37,407 nucleotides of DNA from Burkholderiaceae bacterium (lineage in GTDB: Bacteria > Pseudomonadota > Gammaproteobacteria > Burkholderiales > Burkholderiaceae). The position numbers were made by a program, and so were the translations under genes. A model generated the notes under the pieces. It searched no databases. It worked only from the letters and a program-made list of their open reading frames with translations, and was not told where the DNA came from. Below, in pieces: positions 34,177 to 37,407 of this stretch; within the stretch, counting starts at the first letter, position 1, and the number at the start of each line of letters is the position of its first letter. Where the stretch lies: contig CANHMJ010000001.1 in the NCBI GenBank assembly GCA_947461805.1, positions 1 through 37,407 on the forward strand, given 5' to 3'.

Positions 34177-35808
34177 TTACGTTGCTTCGTCCGCTTTTTC
34201 TTTGACATACTTGCCGGGAGCGGCCACCCCTTTTTTGTACTTTGCATTCCCAAAGCTAGCACTAGCCTTCACTTGCTTTCCGCCAAATTGGGTGAGCCAT
34301 TCGGCATAGTCAGGCCACCAACTGCCTCGAACGTCCTTAGCAGCAGCAAGCCAATCTTCTGCCTTTGCTGGCAAACTAGAATTGACCCAGTAGTGGCGCT
34401 TGTTTTTTGCGGGCGGATTAATCACCCCGGCAATATGACCGGATGCGCCCAGTACAAAACGGTTCTTGCCACTTAAAATTTGAGTTGAGCGATAGCCGCT
34501 ATGCCACGGAACAATATGGTCGTCGTGCGATGCATAAATGTAGGCTGGACAATCAATCAATGAAAGATCGACTTTTTCGCCGCACACCTTGAGTTTGCCG
34601 GGCTTCACCAACTCATTTTGCAGATAGGTATGGCGCAAGTACCAGCAATACATGGCCCCGGGTAGGTTGGTCGAATCGCCATTCCAATACAGCAAATCAA
34701 ATGGCGGCGGCGAATTTCCTTTAAGGTAATTTTCAACCACGTAGTTCCACACCAAATCATTGGGGCGCAAAAAGGAGAAGGTGTTTCCCAGGTCCAGGCC
34801 AGACATCAAACCGAATTGGCCTTGCTCGCCGCCGATGGTATTTTCTCGAAGTTTAACTGTGTCCTCATCAACAAAAATATCCAATATTCCGGTGTCACTA
34901 AAGTCAAGCAAGGTAGTTAGCAAGGTTAAGCTGGCTACCGGCTTTTGTTTGCGCGCCGCTAATACCGCCAAGGCATTGCTCACTAAGGTGCCGCCAACGC
35001 AGAAGCCTAACAAATTAATTTGGTCAAGCCCGCCGATCTCTCTCGTTACCTCAATGGCTTTAATGACGCCATCGCCAATGTAATCATCCCAGGTCACCTT
35101 GGCCATCGATTTATCGGGGTTTTTCCATGACACCAGAAAGACGGTGTGGCCCTGGCTTACCATGTAGCGCACTACCGAGTTATCGGGCTGCAAATCGAGG
35201 ATGTAGTATTTATTAATACACGGCGGGACCATTAAAAATGGGCGCTCAAAGACAGTTTCAGTGAGTGGTTTGTATTGAATCAGCTCAAACAAGTGATTGC
35301 GAAAAACCACAGCACCTTCGGTGGTGGCTAAATTGGTGCCAATCTCAAAAGCCGTTTCATCGGTTTGCGAAACCTTACCCTTTTTGAGATCACCCAACAA
35401 ATTGAGAATGCCGTTTTGAATCGATTGTCCCTGCGAGCTAATGATGTGCTCGAGCACTTCTGGATTGGTCGCCATGAAATTCGATGGCGAGAGCGCATCG
35501 ACCATTTGCAGAGTGCTGAACAAAATGCGCTGCTTACTTTTTGGATCGGTCTCTACTGCCTCAGCCAATTCCATTAAATGCTTGGAGTTTAGTAAATACA
35601 TTCCAGCAATGGCTTTGCTCCACGGCGATTGCCAGGCATTGCCAGAAAAACGCCGATCTTTAATCTCAAGGGCGCCTGGATTGCTAACGTAGGCTGCCAA
35701 TTCCGTCATGTAATGCTGCTGAATTTCAGACAGGCGCTCGGGCGGTATCAAAGCCATGTGTTGCGGTGCCAAACTTGGCGACTTTCCAGACGGTATTCCA
35801 GTAAACAT
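34177..35808 (-). CDS. phaC: Class I poly(R)-hydroxyalkanoate synthase
   Basis: DRRF, SPSNF, PPCINKYYILDL, lipase-box-like GFCVGG (Cys), DHIVPW (Asp) and SGHIAG (His). Start placed at ATG 35808 (MFTG); it is uncertain. Confidence 0.95.
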   Translation of the reverse strand: MFTGIPSGKSPSLAPQHMALIPPERLSEIQQHYMTELAAYVSNPGALEIKDRRFSGNAWQSPWSKAIAGMYLLNSKHLMELAEAVETDPKSKQRILFSTLQMVDALSPSNFMATNPEVLEHIISSQGQSIQNGILNLLGDLKKGKVSQTDETAFEIGTNLATTEGAVVFRNHLFELIQYKPLTETVFERPFLMVPPCINKYYILDLQPDNSVVRYMVSQGHTVFLVSWKNPDKSMAKVTWDDYIGDGVIKAIEVTREIGGLDQINLLGFCVGGTLVSNALAVLAARKQKPVASLTLLTTLLDFSDTGILDIFVDEDTVKLRENTIGGEQGQFGLMSGLDLGNTFSFLRPNDLVWNYVVENYLKGNSPPPFDLLYWNGDSTNLPGAMYCWYLRHTYLQNELVKPGKLKVCGEKVDLSLIDCPAYIYASHDDHIVPWHSGYRSTQILSGKNRFVLGASGHIAGVINPPAKNKRHYWVNSSLPAKAEDWLAAAKDVRGSWWPDYAEWLTQFGGKQVKASASFGNAKYKKGVAAPGKYVKEKADEAT

Positions 35809-35914
35809 GCTTTTCTCTATTCTCAACGTGGCAAGCCGTACAGGCTTGCTGCATATGCCCATTCTCGGCTGAATGGCTCGCAAGGGTTATAAGCACTAAC
35901 CCTAGCCCTAGAGC

Positions 35915-36730
35915 TTACGCCTCATTTTCGCGGCGCCAGATAAATGCGGCAAATCGCCCAGATAGGCCATCGCGGCGGTGGGAAAAAAAGTCAGTTTGAT
36001 CGCGAACCGTACAAAATTCGCCGCCGTAAATATGGGCGAGGCCCTTGCTGAGCAAGCGTTGCCGGGCCAATTGATAGAGATTGGCCCAATACTTGCCGGG
36101 TTTATTTTCGATTGCCATAAATGCCCCAGCAGGTAGCGGTAGACCATATTTTTGACCATAATCATGGAAGGCGGCATGCACCTCTTCGCCCACCTCAAAC
36201 GCCATTGGGCCAATCGCCGGACCAAGCCAGGCAAGGTATTGGCCTGCATCGCTGAGCCCTGTTTTTGCCTGCATTGCATCCACGGTATTTTCTAGAACAC
36301 CCCCCAATAAACCGCGCCAGCCCGCATGAGCGGCGCCAACCACGCCACCATCAGGGCTGCTAATTAAGACAGGCAGGCAATCGGCCGCCATTGCCGTAAG
36401 GACCGTATTCGTTTTGGTGGTCACCGCTGCATCGGCCTCAATGATCTCTTCAGTCCAAGTCAGATCTGCGTCCCAAACCCGGGTGCCGTGAACCTGTTTG
36501 AGCCATACCGGCTCTGCCGGGAGTAAGGCAACCGCGCGAGCGCGATTTTCACTGACGGCGGCAGCCTCATCGTTGACATAGCGACCTAAGTTGAGGCTAT
36601 CAAACGGTGCTTTGCTAACGCCCCCAGCTCGGGTGGTACAAAACGATCCAATCTGAGGTGAGGCTGGCCAATTCGGAACAAGCACCCGCAGCCCATGGAT
36701 GGTTTGAAATTCACTGCCTTGCTCACTCAT
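35915..36730 (-). CDS. pgeF: Peptidoglycan editing factor / YfiH-family purine nucleoside enzyme
   Basis: TTRAGGVS...[28 protein letters not shown] and FFSHRR motifs; ATGA-coupled to rluD. Confidence 0.93.
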   Translation of the reverse strand: MSEQGSEFQTIHGLRVLVPNWPASPQIGSFCTTRAGGVSKAPFDSLNLGRYVNDEAAAVSENRARAVALLPAEPVWLKQVHGTRVWDADLTWTEEIIEADAAVTTKTNTVLTAMAADCLPVLISSPDGGVVGAAHAGWRGLLGGVLENTVDAMQAKTGLSDAGQYLAWLGPAIGPMAFEVGEEVHAAFHDYGQKYGLPLPAGAFMAIENKPGKYWANLYQLARQRLLSKGLAHIYGGEFCTVRDQTDFFSHRRDGLSGRFAAFIWRRENEA

Positions 36731-37407
36731 GATGCAATGGGTATTTCTAGTTTTGGCTCACCCGGCAAATCAGCATCGGTCATGCCGACGGCTGGCAGTA
36801 AAGCCATTAGATCGTCTGGCGGCAAACGGTACCACTGGACCAGTTCATTGCTTTCGGGGTGAATTAAGCTTAAGGCATATGCGTGCAAGGCTTGCCGATG
36901 CAATGGCAACTCTTTGGCTGCGTTTGGCGCTTTTTTGCGATAAACCGGATCGCCTAGGAGGGGGAATCCCAAAGACTCTAAATGAACCCGAATTTGATGG
37001 GTGCGCCCGGTTTCAAGGCGGCACTCGAGGAGCGATACTGGCGCTTGTAAAAAGTGGCCGTTGGCCAATCGCCGATAGAGCGTAATGGCAGGCTTGCCCT
37101 GAATCGAATGCACTGCCATTTTGAGGCGATCGCGTTGATCCCGCGCCACCATGGCCTGTATTTTTCCCTGGGCTGCTGGTGTTCCCCATACCCAAGCCAA
37201 GTAGCGGCGTCCGACAGTACGCTCTTGTAGCTGGCGTACCAATGCCGTTTGCGCAATATCGGTCCGCGCCACCACCATAAGGCCCGATGTCTCTTTATCG
37301 AGGCGATGCACAATTCCAGCACGAGGCAGTTGCTTAAGCTCAGGGTAGCGGAATAACAACCCATTCAAGAGGGTTCCGGACCAATTGCCCGCAGCAGGAT
37401 GCACTAC
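36727..37407 (-). CDS. rluD: 23S rRNA pseudouridine synthase D (5' part lies outside the window)
   Basis: HPAAGN...TLLNGL, catalytic [24 protein letters not shown] and RQALHA motifs. The frame is open to the window edge, and rluD-pgeF is the usual order. Confidence 0.93.
   Translation of the reverse strand, partial: VVHPAAGNWSGTLLNGLLFRYPELKQLPRAGIVHRLDKETSGLMVVARTDIAQTALVRQLQERTVGRRYLAWVWGTPAAQGKIQAMVARDQRDRLKMAVHSIQGKPAITLYRRLANGHFLQAPVSLLECRLETGRTHQIRVHLESLGFPLLGDPVYRKKAPNAAKELPLHRQALHAYALSLIHPESNELVQWYRLPPDDLMALLPAVGMTDADLPGEPKLEIPIAS

Noticed and set aside
36727-37404. Apparently truncated RluD (225 aa, no S4 domain)
   Set aside because: The frame is open to the window edge, so this is a boundary artefact and not a pseudogene.

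Overview
This is a dense, mostly housekeeping chromosomal region from a betaproteobacterium of the Burkholderiaceae. Gene order, compact intergenic spacers and protein sequences suggest a streamlined Polynucleobacter-like genome, which is an inference. In order it holds tRNA-Glu, tRNA-Ala, gltX, hslO, ftsB-eno-kdsA-pyrG, a lone T4-Imm-like superinfection immunity gene, acnB, a spermidine-synthase-like SAM enzyme, purL, a ybbA-like ABC ATPase divergent from tesA, a shortened ppiD, tRNA-Val, lon-clpX-clpP-tig, tRNA-Leu, ispF-ispD, mfd, serB, a PHA cluster (bktB, rimO, phaR, phaB, phaC), pgeF and the 3' part of rluD. I found no mobile element, CRISPR array or multi-gene novel system. The best leads are small: (1) the orphan immunity gene with no prophage around it; (2) repeated -10 boxes 5-8 nt before start codons, pointing to leaderless mRNAs and one overlapping bidirectional promoter; (3) two tiny ORFs whose ends overlap neighbouring start or stop codons; (4) PpiD with its parvulin domain cleanly missing; (5) a ~35-40 aa Lys-rich insertion in ClpX; (6) phased A-tracts upstream of a sigma32-like lon promoter; (7) absence of hupB and phaA from their usual positions; (8) an 11-bp motif shared by the phaC and phaB leaders. 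All calls come from reading the sequence; no searches were run.
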